Counted from the stretch's first letter, positions 12,307 through 21,555 are shown. The stretch: DNA of 64,000 nt from an uncultured cyanobacterium (GCA_963749915.1 CAVVOP010000008.1:352001-416000), one strand, 5' to 3'. Notes: generated from the sequence alone by a model not told the origin. A program made the numbers and translations.

Positions 12307-12531
12307 TTATTCTTCGTCCCACTTTTTAACTACAATTATATCACTTACAGGATCTTGCATCGAAAAGCCGAAAGCTAATAATTCTGATTTGAGAAACTTC
12401 CAATCGTCCCCAAATAATAAGGCAATTTTACCGATATTATCATGGGGTTGAATAATTTGTGAATTGACGAGAGAAGATACTTTTTGTTGCAATTTCACCA
12501 TGGGGTGAAGCACTTGCTGCTTATTCCGCAT
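12307..12531 (-). CDS. DUF4327-like small cyanobacterial protein
   Basis: HPMVKLQ...IALL.G..W...K.ELL.FGFSMQDP pattern. Confidence 0.75.
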   Translation of the reverse strand: MRNKQQVLHPMVKLQQKVSSLVNSQIIQPHDNIGKIALLFGDDWKFLKSELLAFGFSMQDPVSDIIVVKKWDEE

Positions 12532-12750
12532 AAAGTTTTTTACTGTTACTAATACTGTTATAATGATTGTTGGTTAATTATTGGCTTAAGCCTTTACGAG
12601 AATAGCCTTTTATTTGCTGATTCTTATAAATCTCGTGATTAATACTTTGTAGCCAACATGGATGATAAGCAAATTTGAGTAGAAAATTATTGCTTATGAA
12701 TAGTCTATCACATCATAACATATTTTGCTAAGATTTTTTTTTAAAACTCC

Positions 12751-12843
12751 TAAGCCTTTAACGGTAAACTATCAACTATCAACGATTAAAGATGACTTAT
12801 TCTCCTAATTCTCAAGATATTCAAACCCTTTTTAATGACATTG
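12751..12843 (+). repeat. Left island-flanking direct repeat: orphan copy of the menG/ubiE 5' end
   Basis: 12792-12843 matches 25074-25125 at 46/52 nt (MTYSPNSQDIQTLFNDI vs MSSSPNSQDIQTLFNDI); upstream tcaactatcaac and taagcctt also shared. Confidence 0.88.
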
Positions 12844-12907
12844 TCATTAAGATTATCAAAAGGTAGAATATTTAAGATAAGAACAGCACTTCAAAAAATT
12901 TAAACCC

Positions 12908-14089
12908 ATGCCAGAGAATAAACAGCCAGGAAAATACGATGCGGTAATAAAAAGAGTACCTCAAGCTCCTATGTATGGGGCGGTTATAGGAGGAATACAA
13001 GGGGTTAAACGAAGGTTTGAGTCGGCAAAGGATGTAAATTTAAAAGCAGAAATCCTGCAAGAAGCCTTACAGTACGAAAATCAAGGAATAGAGTTTATCT
13101 TACAGGTAGTTCAAGCTACTAATGAACAAGAAATCTTAGCGGTAGCCTATGATTTACTAAAGGAGAAACAAGAGTCAACAATTCAGAATGTATTATTAAC
13201 TCTGAAAAGAAAACATCCTTGGTTAGATTTACCTCAGTTTAGTTTCGACACAGTGAAGGTAAACCGTAAAGGAGAAATCATTAAACGAGAACAAAAAACC
13301 GCCCGTTACTACCGAGAAGATTTAGGAAAGGGTATTAATCTGGATATGGTTTATATTCAAGGTGGTACATTTATGATGGGAAGTCCAGACGGAGAAGGCA
13401 ATGACAGTGATGAAAAACCGCAACATCAGGTGACAGTATCATCATTTTTTATGGCTAAATATCCCGTAACTCAAGCCCAGTGGAAAGCCGTAGCATCATT
13501 ACCTAAAATTGAGAGAGACTTAAAATTAGATCCTTCTCGGTTTAAAGGAGATAATCGCCCTGTAGAAAAAGTTAACCGGTATGATGCCGTAGAATTCTGT
13601 CACCGTTTATCAAAACTAACAGGGAGAGAATACACCCTACCCAGTGAAGCTAAGTGGGAATATAGTTGTCGGGCGGGAACAACCACAACCTTTAACTGTG
13701 GTGAAACCATTACCACTGATTTAGCCAACTATAACGGTACAGATGAATATTACGGCAGTTATGCTGATGAACCGAAAGGGCAGTATAGGCAAGGAACAAC
13801 CTCTGTAGGCTCATTTCCTGCTAATGATTGGGGATTATCGGATATGCACGGCAACGTTTGGGAATGGTGTGCAGATGAATGGCATGGTAATTATAACAAT
13901 GCCCCTACAGATGGTAATGTGTGGACTGGGGGAGAAAGTAATCGTTGTGTAATGCGTGGTGGTTCATGGTTCTACAGCCCGAATAACTGCCGTTGTGCTA
14001 ACCGTCTCAACGACAACCGTGATTGCGACTACTACTGCAACAACGGCAACGGTTTTCGTGTTATGTCTATTTTCGGGAGGACTTCATAG
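12908..14089 (+). CDS. FGE-sulfatase (CLec-fold) domain protein; DGR target gene 1
   Basis: GGTFMMGS, PVTQAQW, LPSEAKWEYSCRAG, DMHGNVWEWC, RGGSW...GFRV; NNC/AAC-rich 3' end; followed by Avd. Confidence 0.9.
   Translation: MPENKQPGKYDAVIKRVPQAPMYGAVIGGIQGVKRRFESAKDVNLKAEILQEALQYENQGIEFILQVVQATNEQEILAVAYDLLKEKQESTIQNVLLTLKRKHPWLDLPQFSFDTVKVNRKGEIIKREQKTARYYREDLGKGINLDMVYIQGGTFMMGSPDGEGNDSDEKPQHQVTVSSFFMAKYPVTQAQWKAVASLPKIERDLKLDPSRFKGDNRPVEKVNRYDAVEFCHRLSKLTGREYTLPSEAKWEYSCRAGTTTTFNCGETITTDLANYNGTDEYYGSYADEPKGQYRQGTTSVGSFPANDWGLSDMHGNVWEWCADEWHGNYNNAPTDGNVWTGGESNRCVMRGGSWFYSPNNCRCANRLNDNRDCDYYCNNGNGFRVMSIFGRTS
13970..14050 (+). other. DGR variable region VR1
   Basis: 27 codons between RGGSW and GFRV, dominated by NNC codons (aac, gac, tac, tgc, ggc). 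Confidence 0.8.
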
Positions 14090-14185
14090 CCCTTTGTTCT
14101 TTGTCCCTCTTGCCCTTTGTCTTGTATTTCTTTCTTTCTTTCTTTCTTTCTTTCTGTATTTTTTGTAGTTAGTCATGAGAATTTT

Positions 14186-14497
14186 ATGAAAGAATTATCC
14201 GTAATTCAAAAGACCTATGATTTGATAAAATGGTATGTACCAATAATTGAGAGACTACCAAAAACCCATAAGTTTACTATCGGAGATCGAATCATTAATA
14301 ATTTGTACGATTTATTAGAAGAATTAATTAAAGCAAAATATGCCCAAGAAAAACTAACTAGGTTGGAATCCTTAAATAATGTTTTAGACATATTACGGTA
14401 TCAAACAAGATTATTACTGGATTTTGAATTAATCTCTTTAAAACGTTATGAGTATGTTTGTCAACTGTTTCAAGAAATAGGCATAGAAATTGAATAA
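14186..14497 (+). CDS. avd: DGR accessory protein Avd (four-helix bundle), apparently C-terminally truncated
   Basis: MKELSVIQKTYDLIKWYVP...LPK.HKF.IGDRI...L..LRYQTRL pattern; ends EIGIEIE* without the usual GGW tail; directly behind a VR-bearing gene. Confidence 0.85.
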   Translation: MKELSVIQKTYDLIKWYVPIIERLPKTHKFTIGDRIINNLYDLLEELIKAKYAQEKLTRLESLNNVLDILRYQTRLLLDFELISLKRYEYVCQLFQEIGIEIE

Positions 14498-14568
14498 ATA
14501 AATGACTAAAATATGGTCACTACAAAATATAATATTGATGAGAGCAAAAGTAAATAGTAATTAAAACT

Positions 14569-16221
14569 ATGGCAGAAAATGGGAAGCAACCGGGAAAATA
14601 TGATGCCGTTATCACCAATAACCCCCACCAGAAATTAATCGAATCCTTAGATTTAAAATTACGCGCTCGTTATCCCTTACTCTACATCGTTGCCGTAGAA
14701 GAAGAACCAGTGGAACAAATTTTAGCCCAAGTAGCCTATCAATCGCAACCCCAACGAGAATTATTAATGTGGGATATTGTCAACGGTTGGAATGATAACA
14801 GTAAAGACAAAAACGCTGTTATGGGGGCATTGATGCGTATTAGTCAAACTGACGGCAATAAACCCTGTATATTTGTCCTCAAAGATTTAAACTTTATCCT
14901 CAAACAACCTGATAGTGCCAGTAACGCTCCCGTCATCAGGGCTTTAAAGAATTTAGGCAAAGAGCTTAAATATCGCCGTCAAACCTTGATTATAACTGGT
15001 CATACTGCGGTTGTACCTACGGACTTATCGGAAGAAATCACCGTCATTGACTTTCCCCTTCCTGAGATGACCGAAATAGATTACTTAATTAGAGAGTTAG
15101 TAGTACCAGAAAAACTGAACCTCAGTGGTTTAGGCAAAGAGCAATTAGTGAAAGCCTGTCTAGGATTGAGTCGTACCCGTATCCGTAGGGTTTTAGCTTC
15201 CGCCCTCGCCGCTAAACAGGAGGTAAATGAGGGTGATATTGACATTGTTTTAGAAGAGAAAAAACAAGCCATCCGTCAAACGGGTATCCTTGAGTTTTAT
15301 TCCTCCCATGAATCCTTGAAAAGTGTCGGCGGTTTGGATAGACTCAAACAGTGGTTACAAATCAAAAAGGATAGTTTTACCGAAAAAGCCCGTAAATATG
15401 GCATTCCTAACCCGAAAGGCTTATTTTTAGTCGGTATTCAAGGTACAGGAAAATCTTTATCGGCTAAAACCATCGCTAATGAATGGCGTTTACCCATGCT
15501 ACGGTTAGATACAGGACGATTATTTGGGGGCATTGTCGGCGAAAGTGAAAGTAAAACCCGTCAAATGATTCAATTAGCAGAAGCCATTTCACCCTGCGTA
15601 TTGTGGATGGATGAGATTGATAAAGCCTTTGGTAACATTTCAGGGGGCGGTGACGGAGATTCAGGCACATCTCGCCGTGTTTTTGGTACTTTAATTACTT
15701 GGATGCAGGAAAAAACTAGCCCTGTTTTCATCGTTGCCACCGCGAATAATGTGGAGATTTTACCCGCCGAATTACTGAGAAAAGGACGTTTTGACGAGAT
15801 ATTTTTCATTAACTTACCTAACCATCGAGAGCGCATGGAAATCTTTAAAGTTCATTTACAACGGTTACGCCCTCAACGACTCAGGGATTTTGACTTAAAA
15901 GAATTAGCTACTGCCACAGAAGAATTTAGTGGTGCAGAAATTGAGCAAGTTATTATTGATGCCATGAGTTTCGCCTTTGCCGATGAAAGTGCAGAAGCAA
16001 GGGATTTTACTAATACAGATATATTAACCGCCTGTGGTGATACCGTACCATTGGCAAGGGTAGCCACCAAACAGATTGAAGAGTTAAAACAATGGGCAGT
16101 GAAAACAGGTGCTAAAACTGCTTCTAAGGATATTGAATTAGAAAAGGAATTAGAAACTTATCGCCAACAAAAGGGCATTCGCCAGAGTCAATATCTCGAT
16201 GTAGATCCTCCCCAAAGTTAA
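14569..16221 (+). CDS. Ycf46-like AAA+ ATPase
   Basis: Walker A GIQGTGKS, Walker B WMDEIDK, ATAN, LLRKGRFDEIFF; N-terminal RARYPLLYI. Confidence 0.9.
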   Translation: MAENGKQPGKYDAVITNNPHQKLIESLDLKLRARYPLLYIVAVEEEPVEQILAQVAYQSQPQRELLMWDIVNGWNDNSKDKNAVMGALMRISQTDGNKPCIFVLKDLNFILKQPDSASNAPVIRALKNLGKELKYRRQTLIITGHTAVVPTDLSEEITVIDFPLPEMTEIDYLIRELVVPEKLNLSGLGKEQLVKACLGLSRTRIRRVLASALAAKQEVNEGDIDIVLEEKKQAIRQTGILEFYSSHESLKSVGGLDRLKQWLQIKKDSFTEKARKYGIPNPKGLFLVGIQGTGKSLSAKTIANEWRLPMLRLDTGRLFGGIVGESESKTRQMIQLAEAISPCVLWMDEIDKAFGNISGGGDGDSGTSRRVFGTLITWMQEKTSPVFIVATANNVEILPAELLRKGRFDEIFFINLPNHRERMEIFKVHLQRLRPQRLRDFDLKELATATEEFSGAEIEQVIIDAMSFAFADESAEARDFTNTDILTACGDTVPLARVATKQIEELKQWAVKTGAKTASKDIELEKELETYRQQKGIRQSQYLDVDPPQS

Positions 16222-16278
16222 AGTGCTAAAATTGAATTATCGTAGAGATTTCCTTTACATGCAAATAAATATTTTAGT

Positions 16279-16767
16279 TTATTCTCCCGCTTGTTCAATG
16301 GCACAATCTATAAGATTTTGACTTAAATAAATATGAGACTTTTTCATGTTATCGATACAGTTACGGATAGAAATATTATATCCTTTCTGTTTGGCTTTCA
16401 GAAGTATGCCGAGGCAACCCGTAAGAGAAAGTCCATTGAGTCTTGCTATTCTTCTGCCTATGGCTTCATCAATGCAAACTGTCGTAATTTTTTTATCTAA
16501 GGCGAGTTGAATTACGGAAGCCTCTCCCAAATCTAAGGAATTTAGTAAAAAGGGTGAAATCTGGAGAGGTGATGATTGTTTTTGTAAGTAAGTATCGCTA
16601 TTAAATGCAGAAATAGCAAAACCAATTTTACCCCCAGCTAATATTTCTTGACAGACTTCATAGGGTACTAAAACTTGTTTGTAAAGATAGCTCAAAATTT
16701 TTAAATCCCCCAATGCGGAAACTAAAGCTATTATGGGGGAAGTATTGATAACAATAGTGTTAGGCAT
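16279..16767 (-). CDS. DUF3368-type PIN-domain protein (putative toxin)
   Basis: IVINTSPII, LDLGEASVI.LA, IDE..GRR.AR..GL..TG.LGIL. Confidence 0.85.
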   Translation of the reverse strand: MPNTIVINTSPIIALVSALGDLKILSYLYKQVLVPYEVCQEILAGGKIGFAISAFNSDTYLQKQSSPLQISPFLLNSLDLGEASVIQLALDKKITTVCIDEAIGRRIARLNGLSLTGCLGILLKAKQKGYNISIRNCIDNMKKSHIYLSQNLIDCAIEQAGE

Positions 16768-17011
16768 TGGCTAAGTCTGATAATAATTCTTCTGGGGTTA
16801 AGTCAATCATTGATACACCATAATCAGCTAGTTTGAGTAAAAATGTTACTCTATCAACTCCTAATAATATTCCCGCCATTCCTGATGAAATTCGTTTCAT
16901 TTCAAATAGTTTTACTACCATTGCCCATTTTGCTTCTTGTTCAAATTCTTGAGGTGTTTGATTTAAAGCGTCGGGAAAAGTTGACGGATATTCGATAGTT
17001 ATTTGTGCCAT
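16760..17011 (-). CDS. UPF0175 family protein (putative antitoxin)
   Basis: KLFE..RISSG.A..LLG..R..FL HTH pattern; overlaps the PIN gene by 8 nt. Confidence 0.85.
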   Translation of the reverse strand: MAQITIEYPSTFPDALNQTPQEFEQEAKWAMVVKLFEMKRISSGMAGILLGVDRVTFLLKLADYGVSMIDLTPEELLSDLANA

Positions 17012-17067
17012 CTGTCTTTAAATTTGATGTTTTTCACTCTATTTTACTCCCCTCACATCAATTTTAC

Positions 17068-17292
17068 CTATCGGCGGTAACAGACTTTTATAACGCATTG
17101 GGGCAATTTTTAAGTTATCGGTTGGTTTTAAGCCAAATTGAACCAAATAGAGCCTTATATTTAGCTATTCCTTTAGATACATATTTAGAGCTATTTGAAT
17201 CGGATTTTGGAGAATTGGTGATGAAAGAATATGAATTAAAATTAATTATCTATAATTCTAATAATGGAGATTTAACTCAATGGATAAATTAA
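17068..17292 (+). pseudogene. xisH: XisH family protein, C-terminal half only
   Basis: F..ALGQFL.YR...EP.R.LYLAIP...W; N-terminal half absent; overlaps xisI start. Confidence 0.8.
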
Positions 17293-17615
17293 GCTTTTAT
17301 CGAGAAGCTATTAAGAGATTATTAATCGAATATACCGCATCGGAAAAATATGATGATGATTGCGAATCTCAATTAATTTTTGATGAAAAACAAGACCATT
17401 ATTTATGGTTAGAATTAGGTTGGGATGACTATAAAAGAATTTATTATACTGTAATTCACTTTGATATTAAAGATGGTAAGATATGGTTACAGCAAAATGC
17501 CACTGACTTAAACCCTGCGGAGGATTTAATTGAATTAGGAGTCAACCGAGAGGATATTATTTTAGGTTTACAACCCCCTTATAAACGCCCCTATACTAAT
17601 TATGGAGTGGCTTAA
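17280..17615 (+). CDS. xisI: XisI family protein
   Basis: MDKL..YR..I, FDE..DHY...GW, H.DIKDGKIW.Q.N.T, DI.LG..PPY.R..T.YGVA. Confidence 0.9.
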   Translation: MDKLSFYREAIKRLLIEYTASEKYDDDCESQLIFDEKQDHYLWLELGWDDYKRIYYTVIHFDIKDGKIWLQQNATDLNPAEDLIELGVNREDIILGLQPPYKRPYTNYGVA

Positions 17616-17648
17616 CCATTCATTACTAAATTATTTATCGGATCAACT

Positions 17649-18022
17649 ATGTCACATTTTACTACTATCAAAGTTCAAATCAAAAACGGCGAGATTTTAC
17701 ATAAAACCTTACAAGAGTTGGGTTATACCGTCGAAACTAATACCAACGTCAGAGGCTATCAAGGCATAAAAACCGAAGCTGAATATGTCATTCGTCAAAA
17801 TAATGGTTATGATTTAGGCTTCCGCCGTCAAGGGGATAATTATGAGTTAGTGGCGGACTTTTGGGGTGCTAAAATTGACCAGACTAATTTATTAATGACA
17901 TCTCTCAGAAATATGCTCATTATACTTTGATGGAAGAGGTGGAAAAGCAAGGTTTTAATATCGAAGAAGAGCAAACTTTGGAAGACGGCACTTTGCGGTT
18001 AGTCGTAGGTAGATGGGTTTAA
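17649..18022 (+). pseudogene. DUF1257 (Ycf35-like) protein with a 1-nt frameshift near 17886
   Basis: MSHFTTIK, YDLGFR, YELVADFW; continues in another frame as FINDISQKYAH...EDGTLRLVVGRWV*; could be a sequencing error. Confidence 0.85.
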
Positions 18023-18245
18023 CTCAGTTGGAAATAAAGTTATTGATGGAGATAAGTAACAAAAGTAATAAGTAATAAGTAATGGGTAATGAGTCTTTCA
18101 ACTTGTCCTCGGTGTCTCGTCTTCACCATTTTTCTTCTATCGAACTGAGCTAACCGAGCAGTATTGGGAGATGTCTAATATAATTTATTCTAAATTCGAG
18201 AATGTTGTCTTTAGTTATAAGTATCTTTACAATCTTCTTCGCATA

Positions 18246-18277
18246 AAGCCCATCGCCTTTAGGCATGGGAATGTCAA
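18246..18277. mobile_element. IS200/IS605-like terminal hairpin remnant
   Basis: aagcccatcgcctttaggcatgggaatgtcaa resembles the subterminal hairpin of this IS group; no transposase nearby. Confidence 0.45.
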
Positions 18278-18330
18278 GCCTAATTGTGATATGATCTTGG
18301 TTTAGGACTTAATTAAAAGATAATTTTTGT

Positions 18331-18562
18331 ATGTCGGCAAAAGATAAGTTTCACCAAGCCGTAAAAAATGCTTTAATCAAGGAACAATGGAAAATTACCC
18401 ATGATCCTTTATTATTGACTTTGACAATGCCCGATTCAAATTGATTTAGGGGCAGAGTCTTTGATAGCGGCGGAGAAATCTTCTCGTAAAATTGCCGTTG
18501 AAGTCAAAAGTTTCCTTGGTAATTCAACTGTCTATGAGTTTCATTTAGCCGTAGGGCAATAA
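18331..18562 (+). pseudogene. xisH: XisH family protein, N-terminal part, frameshifted and truncated
   Basis: MSAKDKFHQAVKNAL.KE.W.ITHDP...IDLGAE..IAAEK...KIAVEVKSF...FHLAVGQ*. Confidence 0.85.
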
Positions 18563-18618
18563 AAAACCATAGATTATAATATAATTCTAAATTAAAAATA
18601 AATGAAACACTAACGCCC

Positions 18619-19737
18619 ATGCCAGAGAATAAACAGCCAGAGAAATACGATGCGGTGATAAAAAGAGTACCTCAAGCTCCTATGTATGGGGCGGTTATAG
18701 GTGGAATACAAGGGGTTAAACGAAGTTTTGAGTCGGCACAGGATGTTAATTTAAAAGCAGAAATCCTCCGAGAAGCGTTACAGTACGAAAATCAAGGAAT
18801 CGAGTTTATTCTACAAGTATTAGAATCACAGGATTTTGAGTTACAGTGGAAAGCCTATGAGATACTAAAGAATAGACCTGAAACTCAAATCAAGGCAAAA
18901 TTCGATAATTGTTTGCCTGTCTTCAGTTTCGACACAGTGAAGGTAAACCGTAAAGGAGAAGTAATTAAACGAGAACAAAAAACCGCCCGTTACTACCGAG
19001 AAGATTTAGGAAAGGGTATTAATCTGGATATGGTTTATATTCAAGGTGGTACATTTATGATGGGAAGTCCACACGGAGAAGGTTATAGTGATGAAAAACC
19101 GCAACATCGGGTGACAGTACCATCATTCTTTATGGCTAAATACCCCGTCACTCAAGCCCAGTGGAAAGCCGTAGCATCTGAGAGAAACTTAGAATTAAAT
19201 CCTTCTGAGTTTAAAGGAGATAATCGCCCTGTGGAAATGGTTAACTGGTATGATGCGGTAGAATTCTGTCACCGTTTATCAAAACTAACAGGGAGAGAAT
19301 ACACCCTACCCAGTGAAGCCAAGTGGGAATATAGTTGTCGGGCGGGAACAACCACAGCCTTTAACTGTGGTGAAACCATTACCACTGATTTAGCCAACTA
19401 TGACGGTACAGATGAATATTACGGCAGTTATGCTGATGAACCGAAAGGGGAGTATAGGGAAGGAACAACCCCTGTAGGGTCATTTCCTGCTAATGATTGG
19501 GGATTATATGATATGCACGGTAACGTCTGGGAATGGTGTGCAGATGAATGGCATGAAGATTATAACAATGCCCCTACAGATGGTAATGTGTGGACTGGAG
19601 GAGAAAGTAATTGTAGTGTAATGCGTGGTGGTTCATGGCACGACGGGCCGAGTGGCTGCCGTTGTGCTAGCCGTCTCAGCTACGACCCCTACAACTACGG
19701 TTTTCGTGTTATGTCTATTTTCGGGAGGACTTCATAG
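18619..19737 (+). CDS. FGE-sulfatase (CLec-fold) domain protein; DGR target gene 2, paralog of 12908-14089
   Basis: Near-identical N-terminus and FGE domain to copy 1; divergent linker and variable region. Confidence 0.9.
   Translation: MPENKQPEKYDAVIKRVPQAPMYGAVIGGIQGVKRSFESAQDVNLKAEILREALQYENQGIEFILQVLESQDFELQWKAYEILKNRPETQIKAKFDNCLPVFSFDTVKVNRKGEVIKREQKTARYYREDLGKGINLDMVYIQGGTFMMGSPHGEGYSDEKPQHRVTVPSFFMAKYPVTQAQWKAVASERNLELNPSEFKGDNRPVEMVNWYDAVEFCHRLSKLTGREYTLPSEAKWEYSCRAGTTTAFNCGETITTDLANYDGTDEYYGSYADEPKGEYREGTTPVGSFPANDWGLYDMHGNVWEWCADEWHEDYNNAPTDGNVWTGGESNCSVMRGGSWHDGPSGCRCASRLSYDPYNYGFRVMSIFGRTS
19639..19698 (+). other. DGR variable region VR2
   Basis: 20 codons between RGGSW and GFRV; differs from VR1 mostly at codon positions 1-2. 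Confidence 0.78.
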
Positions 19738-19809
19738 CCCTTTGTGCTTTGTCCCTCTTGCCCAATGTCTTGTATTTCTTTCTTTCTATCTTGTATTTTT
19801 TGTAGTTAG

Positions 19810-19937
19810 GGTTTGCCCCCTAAATCCCCCAATTCTGGGGGAAAGAACAATTGAACTCCCTCATATTTGGGGACTGGGGGGCTTATCCGAACAGTATTGG
19901 GAAAAATCCCCCTTACCAAGGGGGATTTAGGGGGATC
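19810..19937. repeat. Cyanobacterial C/G-tract palindromic intergenic repeats
   Basis: ccccctaaatcccccaattctggggga ... cccccttaccaagggggatttaggggg hairpins. Confidence 0.65.
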
Positions 19938-20081
19938 AAAGACTTTGAAAACAGGTTCTTAGGGTTTGAATTAGACAAATAATACTTATTAAATATGGTT
20001 TAGTAAATCAATTGTGATACAGTTTAAGTCAATTTTATTTCTTTTACTCTTAATTCTTTACTCTATCTTCATCAGTGAAAT

Positions 20082-21023
20082 CTATGATTGGTGCAAGATT
20101 TGAGTATGAGAATTTAACCAGTTAATTAAATCATCGAGACATTGAAAATCAAAAATAGCATCCCCTAAATCTTCAATTTGGCATAAGGATAAATCATTAA
20201 TTTGCCTTTCCAACTCAGGAGAAAACTCCCCGAAACGTTTTTTAATTTGACGCTTAACGAGATTTTGTTCACCTTGGTGTAACCCACGCTGTAAGCCGAT
20301 TTCAATGCCTTCTTCCATCCAACTGGTGACAATTTTCATAATTTGTTCTTCCTCTGCTAATCCTATTTGTTTTAATTCGGTTTCAAATTCTTGGGTTTCC
20401 GTTAGATTTAATTTTAAATAAGTATCCACAAATCCTGAAATTAACTCTATTCTAGCGGGATCTAAACTTAAAGTAGCTAACATTCTCAGACATTCTAATT
20501 TTACCTTAGCTCTTTCCTCTGATTTAAAGTCCATTTTTGCCATTAAAGCGGCGGCGATAGGATTGGGTTGATTTAAAAATTGTCGCCAATTAAGTCGATT
20601 TAACTGGATAGTCGTGTAGTTAAATTCGAGGATTTTTTTATCAGGAAATGTAACTAAATATTAATTTGTTTCCTCTCGTTTTGGCTTATCATAGGAAAAG
20701 ATAACTACAGGATAAATTGGTAAACGATATTTAGCATCTAAACGAGCAAAATAATGAAACATTCGCCGTTCAAATTCGCTCTGATTATAGGCTTGATTTT
20801 CAATATGGATGAGGAAAAAACGGTTTTCTTCTTGCCATTTTACTTGGGCGAGTAAGTCGATTTTTCGTTTATCTCCTGCGGTTACATCGATAAAAACTTC
20901 TTCAGGTAAAAAAGTTAAACTATCTTTTGATATATATTGTAAAATATCGGGAATAAATAATTCAATAAATTCCCAGAAAAATGTCTGGATTAATTCTTTA
21001 AAAAGACGGTCATGATCTATCAT
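20082..21023 (-). pseudogene. Rpn family / DUF4351 nuclease-like protein with one in-frame stop
   Basis: DHDRLFKELI, IHIENQ, RMFHYFARL; TAA at 20661-20663 is followed in frame by YLVTFPDK...NPIAAALMAKM and a DUF4351-type tail. Confidence 0.85.
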
Positions 21024-21126
21024 ATTTGTTCATAACTTATAGGTTGATGATTTTTAGTAATAATAATATCTTTCCCTTTAAAAGAAGTATAATTAAAAAT
21101 GTATAAAATCAAAAACAAAGTCACCC

Positions 21127-21339
21127 ATGGCTGAATATCAACGAATAGAGTACCAAATCGGCAAAGACGGTAAAATCACAGAAAGGGTAATTGATGCCAG
21201 TGGTAATAGTTGTCTGCAACCTACCCAAGCATTAGAAGAAGCATTAGGAGAAATAGAATCAAGGGAATTACTCCCTGAATATTACGAAGGAGAAGAAAAC
21301 TTAACCACCGATAATATTCAACGATCGAAATCATTGTAA
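21127..21339 (+). CDS. DUF2997 family small protein
   Basis: IEY.IGKDGKI.E.V...SG..C...T..LE.ALG......L.PEYY pattern; accompanies DUF1257 and AAA genes. Confidence 0.85.
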   Translation: MAEYQRIEYQIGKDGKITERVIDASGNSCLQPTQALEEALGEIESRELLPEYYEGEENLTTDNIQRSKSL

Positions 21340-21555
21340 GCTAGTTCACATCTCAATACTGCTTGGTTAGTCGCTCAAGTTATTTTGTCCGCCCCCTAAA
21401 TCCCTGACAAGGGTAGGTTTTTTACATTTGGGTTGAGACAAGACAAGGAAGGAACGAAGGACAGCAGACAAGGGAGATAGTAGAAACGAAAAATGGTCTT
21501 TTTAGCCATTTATGTATTATTTGTAACAAAATGTTTCTTAAACGATTCCCCTCTT

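Noticed and set aside
13952..14089. VR1 as the template for VR2
   Set aside because: It is the coding end of an intact gene, and several mismatched positions are not A in VR1 (ttc/cac, tac/gac, gac/tac), so both look like products of a third sequence.
13956..14168. 70-aa ORF, and the equivalent 19625-19930 ORF
   Set aside because: Alternate-frame read of the VR (Thr-rich from shifted NAC codons) plus low-complexity tail.
14117..14185. N-terminal extension of Avd in the ORF track
   Set aside because: Translates the TTTC tract; the family-like sequence begins at ATG 14186.
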